DNA from: Lama glama
Lineage: Eukaryota
Length of the DNA: 64,000 bases
Reading direction: 5' to 3'
Assembly (NCBI GenBank): GCA_028534125.1
Contig: CM052832.1
Location: 9,426,001 to 9,490,000 of the forward strand
Made by a program: the position numbers and the translations under genes. The notes under the pieces are model-generated. The model was not told the origin of the DNA. It did no database searches and worked only from the letters and a program-made list of their open reading frames with translations. This document shows, one piece after another, positions 37,590-48,781 of the stretch. Within the stretch, counting starts at the first letter, position 1; each line of letters starts with the position of its first letter.

Positions 37590-37764
37590 TTTTTATTCTT
37601 TCTTTTTTCTTTTTTTTTCTTTTTTTCTTTTTTTTCTGAACAGGGAGAGGTAATTTTGGGTTTATTTATTTGTTTATTTTTTTAAACAGAGGTACTGGGA
37701 ATTGAACCCAGGACCTTGTGTGTGCTAAGCATGCACTCCACCACTGAGCTATACCCTCTCCCCT
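37590..37764 (-). mobile_element. tRNA-Ala-derived SINE (vic-1-like)
   Basis: The minus strand reads gggtatagctcagtggtggagtgcatgcttagcacacacaaggtcctgggttcaattcccagtacc, followed by a long A-rich tail. Confidence 0.88.
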
Positions 37765-37957
37765 CCCTCTCCTCTTGAAGCTCGGTTTTCCATGTGTAAA
37801 TTGGGTTTAGTTCTCTCAAGGGGATTAGGGTGATACAAGTGGGGCCACGGACATGGAAGCCCCTCATGAATGCAAGGGGTTCCTTGTGGGTGTGATAAGT
37901 CACCACTCCGCGTCCTCAACATGCATGTCCTCTCCACTTGGCCCCACCCTTGAGCAG

Positions 37958-38108
37958 TGGCCAACCAAAAGGAGTGTTTGGGGAGCAGTTGGATGCCAAG
38001 AACAAGCTGACATGCTCCATCTGCCTGAAGGAGTTCAAGAGCCTGCCTGCCCTGAACGGCCACATGCGGTCCCACGGGGGAATGAGGGCCTCCCCCAGCC
38101 TCAAACAG
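37958..38108 (+). CDS. TRERF1: TRERF1 coding exon 3, C2H2 zinc finger ([21 protein letters not shown])
   Basis: Acceptor gagCAG|TGG and donor CAG|GTGAGC. Canonical C-x2-C-x12-H-x3-H spacing. Confidence 0.96.
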
Positions 38109-39157
38109 GTGAGCAGAAGTCAGCCCCCCGGGCCCTCCCAGGCCATGTGCTGCTTGCTTTGCTTCGCTGCCGTCAGACAGAGTGACGTGAGCCCCACTCG
38201 GGGAACCTGGACGCAAGTCCTTCCCTAACAGAAGTGCTTAAGCTTTGACGCTGGGATCCCCCCCAGGTCACACAGTCCCCACTTCAACTGGCTTCATGAA
38301 CAAGAACCCAGGACGGAGGTGATAGAAATCCTTTTATCCCAGCCTCTCCACCTCCTAGAGAAGACAGCAAAGAAAACATGTAGGTGCATATTATTTTTAA
38401 CTTCTGCTGCTTGAAGCACTCAAGACCATTGTCCCTTGGACTTTCCAGATCAGCGGTAGGTGGCCAAGGAAAGCTAATGTGGCCATCAGGCCCCCAGCTG
38501 GCATTTTCTGTTCCCCAGGGCACTCGCTTTAGACTCTAGCATCCAAAGACCTTTAAATGCTCTCGGGATTATCCAGGCAGAATATCCATATAGTGAACTC
38601 TTCGTGCAGTTTTAGAGTTAGATTAAAATTCAGATCAGTTGCTCAATTTGAATATTGCTGATCTTAATTTATATCTATAGGATTCACTCTGTTCACCAAA
38701 ACACTGTGGTGTGACCCAGCTCACTCCATCTCCTGACCATGCCAGTTAAAAGAGCTTTGTTTTCCATTTGACAGATGAGGAAACCGAGGCCCATAGAATC
38801 AAGAGGTTCTACACAAGAGCTTATGTGGGTTGTCCTATTTTTTGCCTGATTATAAGTCCATATCCTTGTCTTTAAAAGCAATGACAATCACACAAAAATA
38901 TTTCTTTACTATTTATTTTAATATACAAGTGATACATAGTCAAGATTTTTTAGATGGAGAAAACAGAGTGCCTCGCCCATTGCCTGCGGGCATCCCCGAA
39001 GCTGAGGGACTCTGGGCAGGGCAGGAAGGAAACCACTCTGTAGTGGTTCTCTGTCACCCACGCGTGATGTCCAGGAACCTTTCAGTAAGAGCAAAGCGCG
39101 TCCCCCCTTGTGAGAGCTGCTCTCAGCCCAGGATCAAAGCCTTTATTGTCTGTGTAG

Positions 39158-39400
39158 GAGGAAGGAGAGAAGGCCCCGCCGCCTCAGCCCCAGCCACCAC
39201 TGCCGCCTCCGCCTCCGCCGCCACCGCAGCTCCCTCCCGAGGCAGAAAGCCTCACGCCCATGGTCATGCCCGTGTCTGTCCCTGTCAAGCTTCTCCCGCC
39301 CAAGCCCAGCTCTCAGGGCTTCGCCAACAGCGTCGCTGCAGCCCCCTCGGCCAGAGACAAGCCCGCCAGCTTGATGTCGGACGACGAGATGCCTGTGCTC
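39158..39400 (+). CDS. TRERF1: TRERF1 coding exon 4, proline-rich ([35 protein letters not shown]...DDEMPVL); alternative donor extends it to 39460
   Basis: Acceptor tgtgTAG|GAG. Donors CTC|GTGAGG (39401) and GCT|GTGAGT (39461) are both phase 0. Confidence 0.93.
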
Positions 39401-42400
39401 GTGAGGATGACCCTCTCTCCCCCACACTCACCCCAAGGGGCTGCCCCCCACCCGCCTGCTGTGAGTTGCTGCTTTGTCCCGCCTGTCTGGGGTGGGGACA
39501 TCCCTTTGCTTTCTTAGAGATGGAGGCAACTCTGCCCGGGTCACTGGCCTAATCTCCGACGTGGTTTGGCCTCTCAGGGCTGAGCTCTCGTGACCACCTT
39601 GGGAATCGCCTCCTTGCCCACACTGCCTGCTACCCAGTAGACACCTAATACTCTACCAGGCTAATGGTGGTCTGGGTTAGATTCCGAGAGACCCGAAGAT
39701 GTTCCCAGCTGAAACAGAGATGATAACTCAGCTAGTAATCACAGTTATTACAATATGGAAGTACTGTCCTGGATAGTAAATAGCTACCCCCAGGACCCTG
39801 GCCCTCCCCACTACGATCTCCAGACCTCCCCAAATCCAGCAGCCAAAGATGTAAACCCCCAGCACAGCAGGTCCTCCACGCAGTAGCCCTGGCATCCTTT
39901 CTGATGGTCGGTCAGCCTTACCAGATGCTTAATATTTTCATTATCACCCCTGCATAAATAACCTCAGAGGACCTGATTCATTAAGGTTCCCAAAGTAATT
40001 CCACTGAGACACCAGCCCCAGTCTCAAGAAAGCAAAGAGATACGTGTTTCTCACTGTTAGGTTCTTCTTTTTCTCAAGTTCCAAGTGCTTCACCCGAGCA
40101 GCTAAGCTTGGCCCTGGGACAGAGATCTGTCTGTCTTTCTCATTCTCTCTCTCGCTCTCCACCCTCCAACCCCATCTCTCCTTCCCCACTTCCCTCCCCT
40201 GGGGAGTCTATAACCCATGTGACTGGCTACATCAGATTCAACCCCTCCCCCCACAGTGGTGTGTTGGGTCATATTTGTCCTTAGAGAATAGGTGGCTGCC
40301 AGGATTCCAGGAGGCCTGAGGGTGGGGTTGGGCCAGAATAGGGACAGAGAGGATAATAAAGAGAACTAGAAAAGTCCAGAGTGTTTTTGGTTCTGTATCT
40401 AATAGCAAGGCTCAGAAGAGGAGAGGATGGAGAACCCCTGGAGGTGAGGATTCTCACAGCTGGCAGGTCTTGGGGGCCAGCAACAGGCAGAGTGATGAAA
40501 TGACACAGCCAAGCATCCTCTTTGCCCAGGGAAGTTCTTGATTTGGTGGGAGATGCTGTTTCTACCCTTGGGGAGCTGTCAGCCTTATGTTGGAGACAGT
40601 AAGGTTTCTAGTCACACAGGGGTCAGAGCCCCAGGCACCCCCCACCCCAATTCAAGACAGTGAGGGAAAGGCCAAGGCAGACGAGAAATGGTGATGCCCT
40701 GCATGTGGCTGGAGAAGAAGACACCTGGGCAGCTGAGGTAATTAGGGACCGAGGTGAGGCAAGGGAATTTGGGGTGAGTTTGCTTAGAAGGTCATCATGA
40801 GGGGAATTTTGAGCAGGGTTTTGAAGTCAGAGGTGAACTTGGCTTTGTGTGAAAGGTGAGAGAGACTGTGATAAGATAAGCCGAAGTGGAAGCACGGAGT
40901 TAGGACCCAGTGAATGTGAGCAAGGTCCTGACACTTAATATAAAGAAATTAAAATACCCAGGGAGGAGCCCTGTGTTATGATCCCCACCCTGCTCCCAGA
41001 CAGCTGGGATTCAGACAGCTGAGTCTCTCCTCCTGTCAGAACCACTGTTTCTCCCCTGACTTTGGCCAGCGCTGGGGATGGATTCATCAGTGGCTGTCCC
41101 CACTCTGGGGAGCTTTTAAAATGTGTCTCAGCGCTTGGCCCTGCCTCCAGAGTCTGAATACCTTGGTGGACCTCTGTAAATATGTAAGTATTTCCTCTCA
41201 AGTGACACCCAGGTCTGATGTCTGCCATTCTGGGTGCTTTCCCTGGGTCCGAGGTCTCAGAGCCTTGCCTGGAGGATCAGAAAGTCCCAGTTTAGAGCTG
41301 GAGTAACAGAACCAGAGGCTCAAGTAAAGAGAACCCAAAAGGGACCTTTGGCCCCGTGGTCAGAGGCCTGGACTTCAGTGCAGCGTTGAAGTCACACAGG
41401 GTCTGCATGTGCTCAGATGACCTCATCAGTTACCCAGGACTAGGGAGTAAAGTCTCAGGGTGGCTCCCCAAGTTGGAGGGCACAGACGTCCTCTCCCCAT
41501 TCCTCAGCCTCCTCTCCGCCTCAGCCTCAGGCGATGAGGAGCCCTCTGGTGGGGAAAGGAAGCAGGTTGGGGTGCTCTGGCCCAAAGAGAGCCCCCTGGG
41601 GGTGAGCTGGGAGCCTGAGGGGCCCTCTGCCCCTTCTCCTTTCCCCACCCCTCTGCTTCCCTAGACTCCCCTCCTAAGGGCTGTGACAGCATCCCAGAAG
41701 ACAGTTAAGCTGAGGGAAAGACAGGAGGGGCAGCTTTAAGTGCAGAGGGCAGCAGAAGGGGCCCAGAGGGAGAGGAGCCCAGAGCTGAGGGGTGACTGGG
41801 GCAGGTCGCATGGCCTGGAGGAGGCTGGTCACCTGACCATACCCAGCCCTCCCCATCAACCCCTGCTGCCTCCTACTCGGGGTCCACCCTGGGCCGAGGA
41901 GCTGTGAGGAACCACAGCCGTGACGGGCACTGGCCTGCAGGGCCTGGGAGGGTACCACAGACTGCCCAGAACTTTTCTGCAGGTACCCCCCCTCCCCCCA
42001 ACCGCTCGGCTGCCTCTGCAGCCACACCCAGTGCTGGGTTTTCTGGGCTGATGCTGGCACACAGCCAAGTCTGTTTGTCTGGCTTTGGCATGCACTGCTT
42101 ATCTCTTGACATGCATATGTTTACTTACTAGTATTATGTATCCATGTGGCACATCTTCCTTCCAGACTATGCTTGGTTCCCCTGCTGACTGGAAGCCAGT
42201 CTAGCAGAAGGGCTTACCACAGATGAGCCACCAGTGCTGGGAGCAGCAGTGAGGGATGGTGAGGGGGGAGGTATACCAGATCCCTTTCTAGAAGAGCACA
42301 CCAGGTGGGCCTTAAAGATCCCACATGATTCTCTTCAGCCCTCATGTCACCTTGAAGGAGAGCCCAGTGTGGGTCCCCATTCCTAGGAGCCTTGGCTGGG

Positions 42401-42845
42401 CCTCGCCATGGCCTCTGCCCAGCTTCCCTGAATAGATTATTTTGTCCCCTTCTCAGAACATGTGTTATCTGTCCCCAGGGAGCAGAGGGGAATTAAAGGG
42501 CCTACTCAGCTGGACTCCTCTCACCAGATGGGAATGCAGTGATAAGCAGTGAAGAATGTGTATTTCTTCTTTCTTGCCCACTCACTGTTCCTCCCACCCC
42601 CATCTCTCTCCAGACATTAGGGATGTCCTCCAAAACCAAAGTTTTCTCCCCAGTCAACCCACCAGGTCTGGCCTGGGCTGAAATGGAGTGACTGACTGTC
42701 TCTTAGGTAGACAGAGGATGCTGGGGTCAGACAAGTGGAAAGGGCAGTCCCCGTTAGACCCGCGCGGTCTCCTTTCCCTCAACCTGTGGAAACAGCCTGT
42801 GGGAAGAGTCCAAGTATTTGAACCGGATCATTCCTCCCGTTGCAG

Positions 42846-43230
42846 GAAATTCCCAAGAAGCATCAGCCCGGCGTGGCCAAAGCCGAGGAACCCCTCAAGA
42901 CCGCGCCGGACAAGAAAAAGTTCCGGCACCGGCCCGAGCCGCTCTTCATCCCGCCTCCGCCCTCCTACCACCCCAACCCCGCCGCCTCGTACTCGGGCGC
43001 CACCCTGTACCAGAGCCAGCTGCGCTCCCCGCGCGTCCTGGGCGACCACCTGCTCCTGGACGCCGCCCACGAGCTGCCCCCCTACACGCCCCCGCCCATG
43101 CTGAGCCCGGTGCGCCAGGGCTCGGGGCTCTTCAGCACCGTGCTCATCTCCGGCCACGGCCCCGGCGCGCACCCGCAGCTGCCCCTCACGCCGCTGACGC
43201 CCACGCCGCGCGTGCTGCTCTGCCGCTCCA
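42846..43230 (+). CDS. TRERF1: TRERF1 coding exon 5 (EIPKKHQP...[17 protein letters not shown]...RVLLCRS)
   Basis: Acceptor ttgCAG|GAA and donor CCA|GTGAGT. It contains the YTPPPMLSP motif shared by the TRERF1/MIDEAS/ZNF541 family. Confidence 0.96.
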
Positions 43231-43320
43231 GTGAGTCGCCCGGGAGGCGTCCCGCCTTTAGCGGCCTCATTCCCCTCACAGACCTGTGTGGCGGATCGGC
43301 TGTGTGCGCCAGGCCCTGTG
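42860..43320. promoter_or_regulatory. Intragenic CpG-island-like segment over coding exon 5
   Basis: Very high GC content and dense CpG compared with the CpG-depleted flanks. Observed/expected ratio not computed. Confidence 0.7.
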
Positions 43321-43842
43321 CTAGGTGCTAGAAATCCTTAGAATACTTCTCCTCAGGGGGATCACAGCCTAGCCGCGGGGACAAACGCCTGAAGCGATCG
43401 TTACAGTTTCTTGGGGAGAAGGAAAAACACTTGAAGTGTGCCTTGGAGAAACATGTACGGCACCCAAAATAAATATACTAAGGAGGTGTGCAAAGAGGAT
43501 TATAGGCAAGACGGCAGCTGGGCATTTTAGCGCGCTGTGTGACGATCAGGCAGCAGAGGCGCGGAGCCAGGATCTCTTCCCCGAGCAAGAACCGTTTCAT
43601 AGAAACAAGACAGCTTAGCAGACTAGAGTGGGCAGCTGTGTCTCACCCTGTGTGAGAAGTGAGGGACCCTAAGCTCCATAGCACTACACTCGATCCAGCC
43701 CCTTGGGGGCAGCTGAGGTAACTCCAGCTGGGCTGGGTAGGAGAGGGGCCCTGTCATGACTGTTCAGGTAACTGCTCATTTGCATTAGCTTCTTCAGTAC
43801 CCCTTCCCTGTTGACCAGTGACCTCTGGTTTTTGTGCTTCAG

Positions 43843-43909
43843 ACAGCATCGATGGCAGCAACGTGACAGTCACCCCGGGGCCTGGAGAGCAGACCATTGA
43901 CGTTGAACC
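43843..43909 (+). CDS. TRERF1: TRERF1 coding exon 6 (67 nt, [23 protein letters not shown])
   Basis: Acceptor tgcttCAG|AC and donor ACC|GTAAGG. Phase 1 in and phase 2 out, consistent with neighbours. Confidence 0.94.
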
Positions 43910-44384
43910 GTAAGGAAAAGCCAATTATTCTTTAGAATGGAAGCTTCAGCCTAGAAAAGGGATGAGGAGCTTTGAGAAGTGTAGTTAGTACTTCTGGGGT
44001 CACAGTGGCCACTTTGGGGAGAAGCTGTAGAAATTATAGGATCATGGTATTTCTCAAGTACTGTTATTTCCCTATAATTGCTGGTATTTCAAGGCGTTTT
44101 CTGAAGACTCAATGCATTGAAAGCACGGAGCCTACATTCCCATCTTTTTGGCTCCATGGGCCAGTTTGGTGGGGGCCACATGCCTTCACTTCCCCAGTGA
44201 CACTAAGACATCTTTCCCAGGGTGCCCAGTTCTCTACGAGACTCTGTCCAAGCGCCCTAGCTCCCCCACCCCCTCCTTAAGACTCTTGCTCGGTCCTCCA
44301 GGTGGGCTTGTTGGGTACTTGAGTTGGAGGGTGTAATGGAAGAGAAAGGTGGTTATTTTCATGGAAAAGCACAGAAGAAGCCAG

Positions 44385-44610
44385 ATGGCAGAGTGGTGAG
44401 TAGATTGAGTCAGGAATCAGAAAACCTGGTTCTGGCACCATTTTGTCATTTGATCTTGATCAAGTTAACCTTTCTAGGCTTTAGTTAACTCATCTATTAA
44501 GTAGGAATAATTATCACTGCCTTGCTTACATCAGAGGTCTTTGTGAGGTTCACATGGGATCATTTAAGTGAAAGTGATCTGAAAGGGATAAAAAGAGAAA
44601 TAAGCACTCT
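44385..44610 (+). mobile_element. MIR SINE
   Basis: gagtcaggaatcagaaaacctggttct ... tgatcttgatcaagttaacc ... ttgtgaggttcacatggga. Confidence 0.65.
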
Positions 44611-44939
44611 GTATTTGTCCCATTGGGTTAAGTGGTACCATCGGCCATACTCTGGGCAGCTGTTCCCTTGGAATTAGCACCCTCCCTCTCCTAGTTATAG
44701 GAACCTCTGAAGCCCCAGGCAGGCTTCTCCCCACTCTCTGCAGCATCTCTCCCCAGTCTTCAGGCCTTTTCTTATCCCAGTGAAAAGGCTATGCTCGGAA
44801 TCTTAGGATCACACTGTGAGGAAACGCCCCTGCATTCTTCTTGCAGAAGGAATTGGTTTCCTTCTTTTTCAAGTTCCTGACAGTTGCCCTAGGCCTCAAA
44901 TTGAAGACCACACTGTAGTTTTTCTTCTTGTCTTTAAAG

Positions 44940-45079
44940 ACGCATCAATATTGGCTTGAGATTCCAAGCAGAGATCCCAGAACTCCAGGATGTCTCTGCC
45001 CTGGCCCAGGACACACACAAGGCCACCCTGGTGTGGAAGCCCTGGCCAGAGCTGGAAAACCACGACCTCCAGCAAAGAG
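44940..45079 (+). CDS. TRERF1: TRERF1 coding exon 7, start of ELM2 domain ([13 protein letters not shown]...LQQR)
   Basis: Acceptor tctttaAAG|A and donor GAG|GTACTG. Contains the ELM2 signature IxIGxxFQAEIP. Confidence 0.95.
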
Positions 45080-45207
45080 GTACTGACAATGTGGGAAGAA
45101 CTGGGTGGGAACGGCCGGATTTTCTCATGAGCTCTCTGGCTCCAGGATTGCTGTGTTTTCCTATGATACTGAGCTCTCTCTCATGCATTTCTCATTGTTC
45201 CCAACAG

Positions 45208-45311
45208 TGGAGAATCTTCTGAATTTGTGCTGTTCAAGTGCGTTGCCAGGTGGAGGGACCAATTCTGAATTTGCTTTGCACTCTCTCTTCGAGGCCAAAG
45301 GTGATGTGATG
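45208..45311 (+). CDS. TRERF1: TRERF1 coding exon 8, ELM2 ([11 protein letters not shown]...AKGDVM)
   Basis: Acceptor ccaaCAG|TG and donor ATG|GTAAGA. Confidence 0.95.
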
Positions 45312-46104
45312 GTAAGAAACCATGAGAACTAGGCTTCCCAGTTCCTATTCCTCATGTCGGAATTCTGAAAAGTATTTTCCCAAGTTTCTGTGTTGTCTCA
45401 GGTACCCTACAACCACGTCATAAGATGATAACCAGTCAGTATGCCTCCCGACTTCATTATCTCAATGGGTAGGTCAAGATCGAAAACGCTGCAGGGTAGA
45501 ACCTCCAGTTGGACTTCTGCTTAAACATCTGTTCCTAAGAAATGATGATAGGAACGTCTATCTTAGGAAACTAGAATTTCCTTTCAGCAGTCTTGTAGTT
45601 CACATCAGAACAAGGGTCTCCAGTGATGGAGGTAGAAGGCCTTCCTGAAGCAAGACTGGGCCTAAAATAGCCCGTCATGCTCTGCTGATCGGTCTTCCCT
45701 ACTACAGAAATCAGCTGGAGTTTGATGTTCACAGAACTGTTTCCTCCCCTTACCAAAGTGAAATGTTTGCTGTGCACCATCTGGTATCACTCTTCTGCTT
45801 CTGACGCAGTTCTTTGGCATCCCCAAACCAGGACTTTGGTGCCCTTTCCTCAGAATCAGAGCTGACCTTTTGCCTGCTCAGCCTGGACTCCTGGTCAGAG
45901 CGCTTCATCACTAACCTCAGTTTCCCCTTTAGTAAACGCATGATTCTTCTACCAGAGCTGGCTTCTACTTTTTGATTTTTTTATGAAAATGTGAAAGTAA
46001 ACAAATGCACCAGTACTCCTTTCTCATGAGATTACTGATAACCCTCAAGGATTCTACAGAATGTAGGAAAACTCTCCTTGACCCTTTAAGATCAGTGCTA
46101 CAGA

Positions 46105-46275
46105 GCAGTGCTCCTCAAACTTTGAGCATGCACGCAGATTACCTGGGGAATCTTGTTTAAGTGCATGTTCTTATTCAGCAATTCTGGAGGTGGGGCCCAA
46201 CGTGCTGCATTTCTAACCTGCTCCCAGGGGACGCCTGTGCTGCCGGTCCATGGACTGCACTTGGAGTAGCAAGAT
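46105..46275. mobile_element. MER5A MITE
   Basis: cagtgctcctcaaacttt ... ctgcatttctaacctgctcccagg ... gactgcacttggagtagcaag. Confidence 0.8.
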
Positions 46276-46822
46276 TCTAGACCTTGTTCTGCCCCTCAAC
46301 CATCCACTGCTCAACTCCACACATACCATTTAAAAAAAAAAGGTCAGCGAGGCTGATGACAGATTTGAAAGGGTTGTCTAGCAAGGCTCTCTGGAAGGAC
46401 AGTGTGTAGTACAGTTATTACTCACACAGCTGTTTATGTTCAGTTGTGATGAAACATGCAATTTTTCTGCAAAACAGTTCCAAATCACCCACTCACTTCC
46501 TTGGAACCCTTCCTCAGAGACTCAGCCTCCATGCAGAGGAGGCCCCACCATATCTCTGAAGCTGGGGCCCTCATCAAGGAAGGAGTTGGGTTTTGGCTGC
46601 CACTTGTGTTTCTGTGACATGACCAGCTGGCTGCAGACATGGGCAGGGGAGGTATTAGAATGATAGGTCCTTTTGGGTGCCAACCACAATGGAGATCCCA
46701 ATTAGGAAAGTCTCTGGTTTTCCTTCCAGCCCCCCAACCCCAGGCCCTATCAGATAGATAGTCTTCCAAGGATACCCAGTGCCATTACTGATTCTCACTT
46801 TTTCTCTCCCATGGGTCTACAG

Positions 46823-46898
46823 GCTGCTCTGGAAATGCTGCTGCTGCGGAAGCCAGTCAGGTTAAAATGTCATCCTTTAGCAAATTACCACTATGCCG
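46823..46898 (+). CDS. TRERF1: TRERF1 coding exon 9 ([25 protein letters not shown])
   Basis: Acceptor tctaCAG|GCT and donor CCG|GTAGGT. Confidence 0.94.
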
Positions 46899-47582
46899 GT
46901 AGGTTGCCCAGAGCCCTGCGTACCGTCACTTCCTGAGAGCGGGCTTTTTGTGTGTTTGGCCGTGTCGCTTTGTAATAATAGATAGCTCCAGTTCTGACCT
47001 CATCTCCCCTGGCGCTCTCAAGGCATCTGGGGCGTAGCTGGTGGGGCAGCTGTGTCTGCTGGCTGGTCGCCGTCGGGCGTTTGTGTGGGCTCCCGCCCTC
47101 GTGGGTGTGCCCAGAGCTGGGCGGCAGTGGACACTGCCTGCATGTACAGCAGCAAGATTGGTGTGTGGAGGGAGTGAGCCCCAGAGGGTGGAGCATGGGG
47201 GTGGCCACACTGAGTGGCCCCTCAGCTTGGGGATCAGGAGACATGGGTTCAGATCTTACCTGCCTGATTTGAACTTGGCCTTCTGCAGCCGTGGTTTCCT
47301 CACCTGTCAGATGGTGCTCGTTCTCCATCCTTTGCCGCATTTTGTGAAGATTAGAGAGACTATATGGAGCCCAATGCCGGGTACATTCTAGTAGCTCTTA
47401 CTGTTCATTTATTGAAGAGTTACTTAGTGAGCACTTAACTGCATACAGGAAGCTGTGCTAAGCACTACGAGGAGGCAGTGAGTGTGGCAGATACAGACAA
47501 GTCCTGCCTCATGCAGTTTGGAATCTAAGGAGGAGGAGGAGGCAATTATTAAACAACAGATCACACTAATGGTGGGAGAAAG

Positions 47583-47701
47583 ATGTGTACATGCACGTAC
47601 GTGTACAAATACATGTGTACATGCACATATACATGCACGTGCACATATGTGTCACATACACATGGATATATGTACACATGTACACATACGTATGAGTGTG
47701 T
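47583..47701. repeat. Alternating purine-pyrimidine low-complexity repeat (TACA/TGCA/CATA)
   Basis: Directly visible. Confidence 0.85.
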
Positions 47702-48750
47702 CTTAGGAGTGGGTAGGCTGACGATGGCATCAGTAAGAGGGAAGGAGGAAACACCTTGGAGAGCTGAGTGTGGAGAGAGTCATGAAGAGAGAAGGAAACA
47801 GGCTGGGGAGCCTGAGGTCACCAGTGGAGTGGAAGTCAACACTTTTTTCCCATTAACCGTTAGACCTGTCCATTTTGAGGGTCTCCATGGACTGCCTGGG
47901 TTCTCTATTTCAGGGAGGGCTGGATCCTCCAATGCCCCTCGGTTGTTCTTCATTTGAAGGTATCTCTGGTGCTGGGGGCAGACCTTGCAGAAGTTGGTGC
48001 TAAGTACTTTAGTGGACTTGGGGATCTAGTTAGACCTTTTCCAGTCCTTGGTCCAGGCAGCCAGATGTGGCTGTTCTGCAGATATCAGCGTCCTCCAGGG
48101 GCTCCCTGTCCCCACCACCGTCTGCCTCAAGGAATGTGCTGCCCTTGTGAATCGGCCCTCCTGCCTGTCGTCCCGGGGTGGATAGACCTCAGAAACCTCT
48201 CATCTGAGCACAGCGTGCCTGGAGGCCAGCCTGGGGATCGCTCTCAGGAAACGGGCCGCTGCTGGAACTAGGCAGGCATGAAATGGACACACGGGATAGG
48301 AAATACATCACTTCACCCGTGGCCTCAAGGAGCCAGTTTCTTAATATTGTCTGCATCATTTCCTAGTTGGTGTCTGCCCCGACTGTGGGTGGAAGATGTG
48401 GGAGTCCTCTCTAATCTGCCATGGAAATAGTTCAATCCTCTCTTAATTCCCAGTGTCATCTGCTGCCCATTAAACCCTGACAGGCTGTCCAGCCTCCTGG
48501 AGCCTGTGTCAAGCTTCTTTGCTTAGTGGGTGAGACTTCCCAACCATCTGCCGTGGCTGCCCTAGGCCCCCGGGGCAACTGGGGTGGCCGGCGCCTCTGG
48601 GCTGGTCAGCGCCAGCTGTGAGCTACCTCGTCCGGGACCCAGATCCCCTCCAGTTCTTCCCAGCGTGCCAAGCAAGTACTGCTGTTTTGTGTGTATGTCA
48701 TGACAAAACGAGTTAGAAAGCTACGGACTGGCAACCAGCCCGGCCCCGAA

Positions 48751-48781
48751 CAAACAAAACAAAACAAAACAAAACAAAAAC
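48751..48781. repeat. (AAAAC)n microsatellite
   Basis: Directly visible. Confidence 0.9.

Noticed and set aside
38830..39552. 240-aa ORF overlapping coding exon 4 in another frame
   Set aside because: It starts at a non-ATG codon in intronic sequence, stays open through a C-rich exon and has no recognisable domain.
42688..43279. Several overlapping ORFs in alternative and antisense frames over coding exon 5
   Set aside because: Expected from extreme GC content, which removes stop codons.
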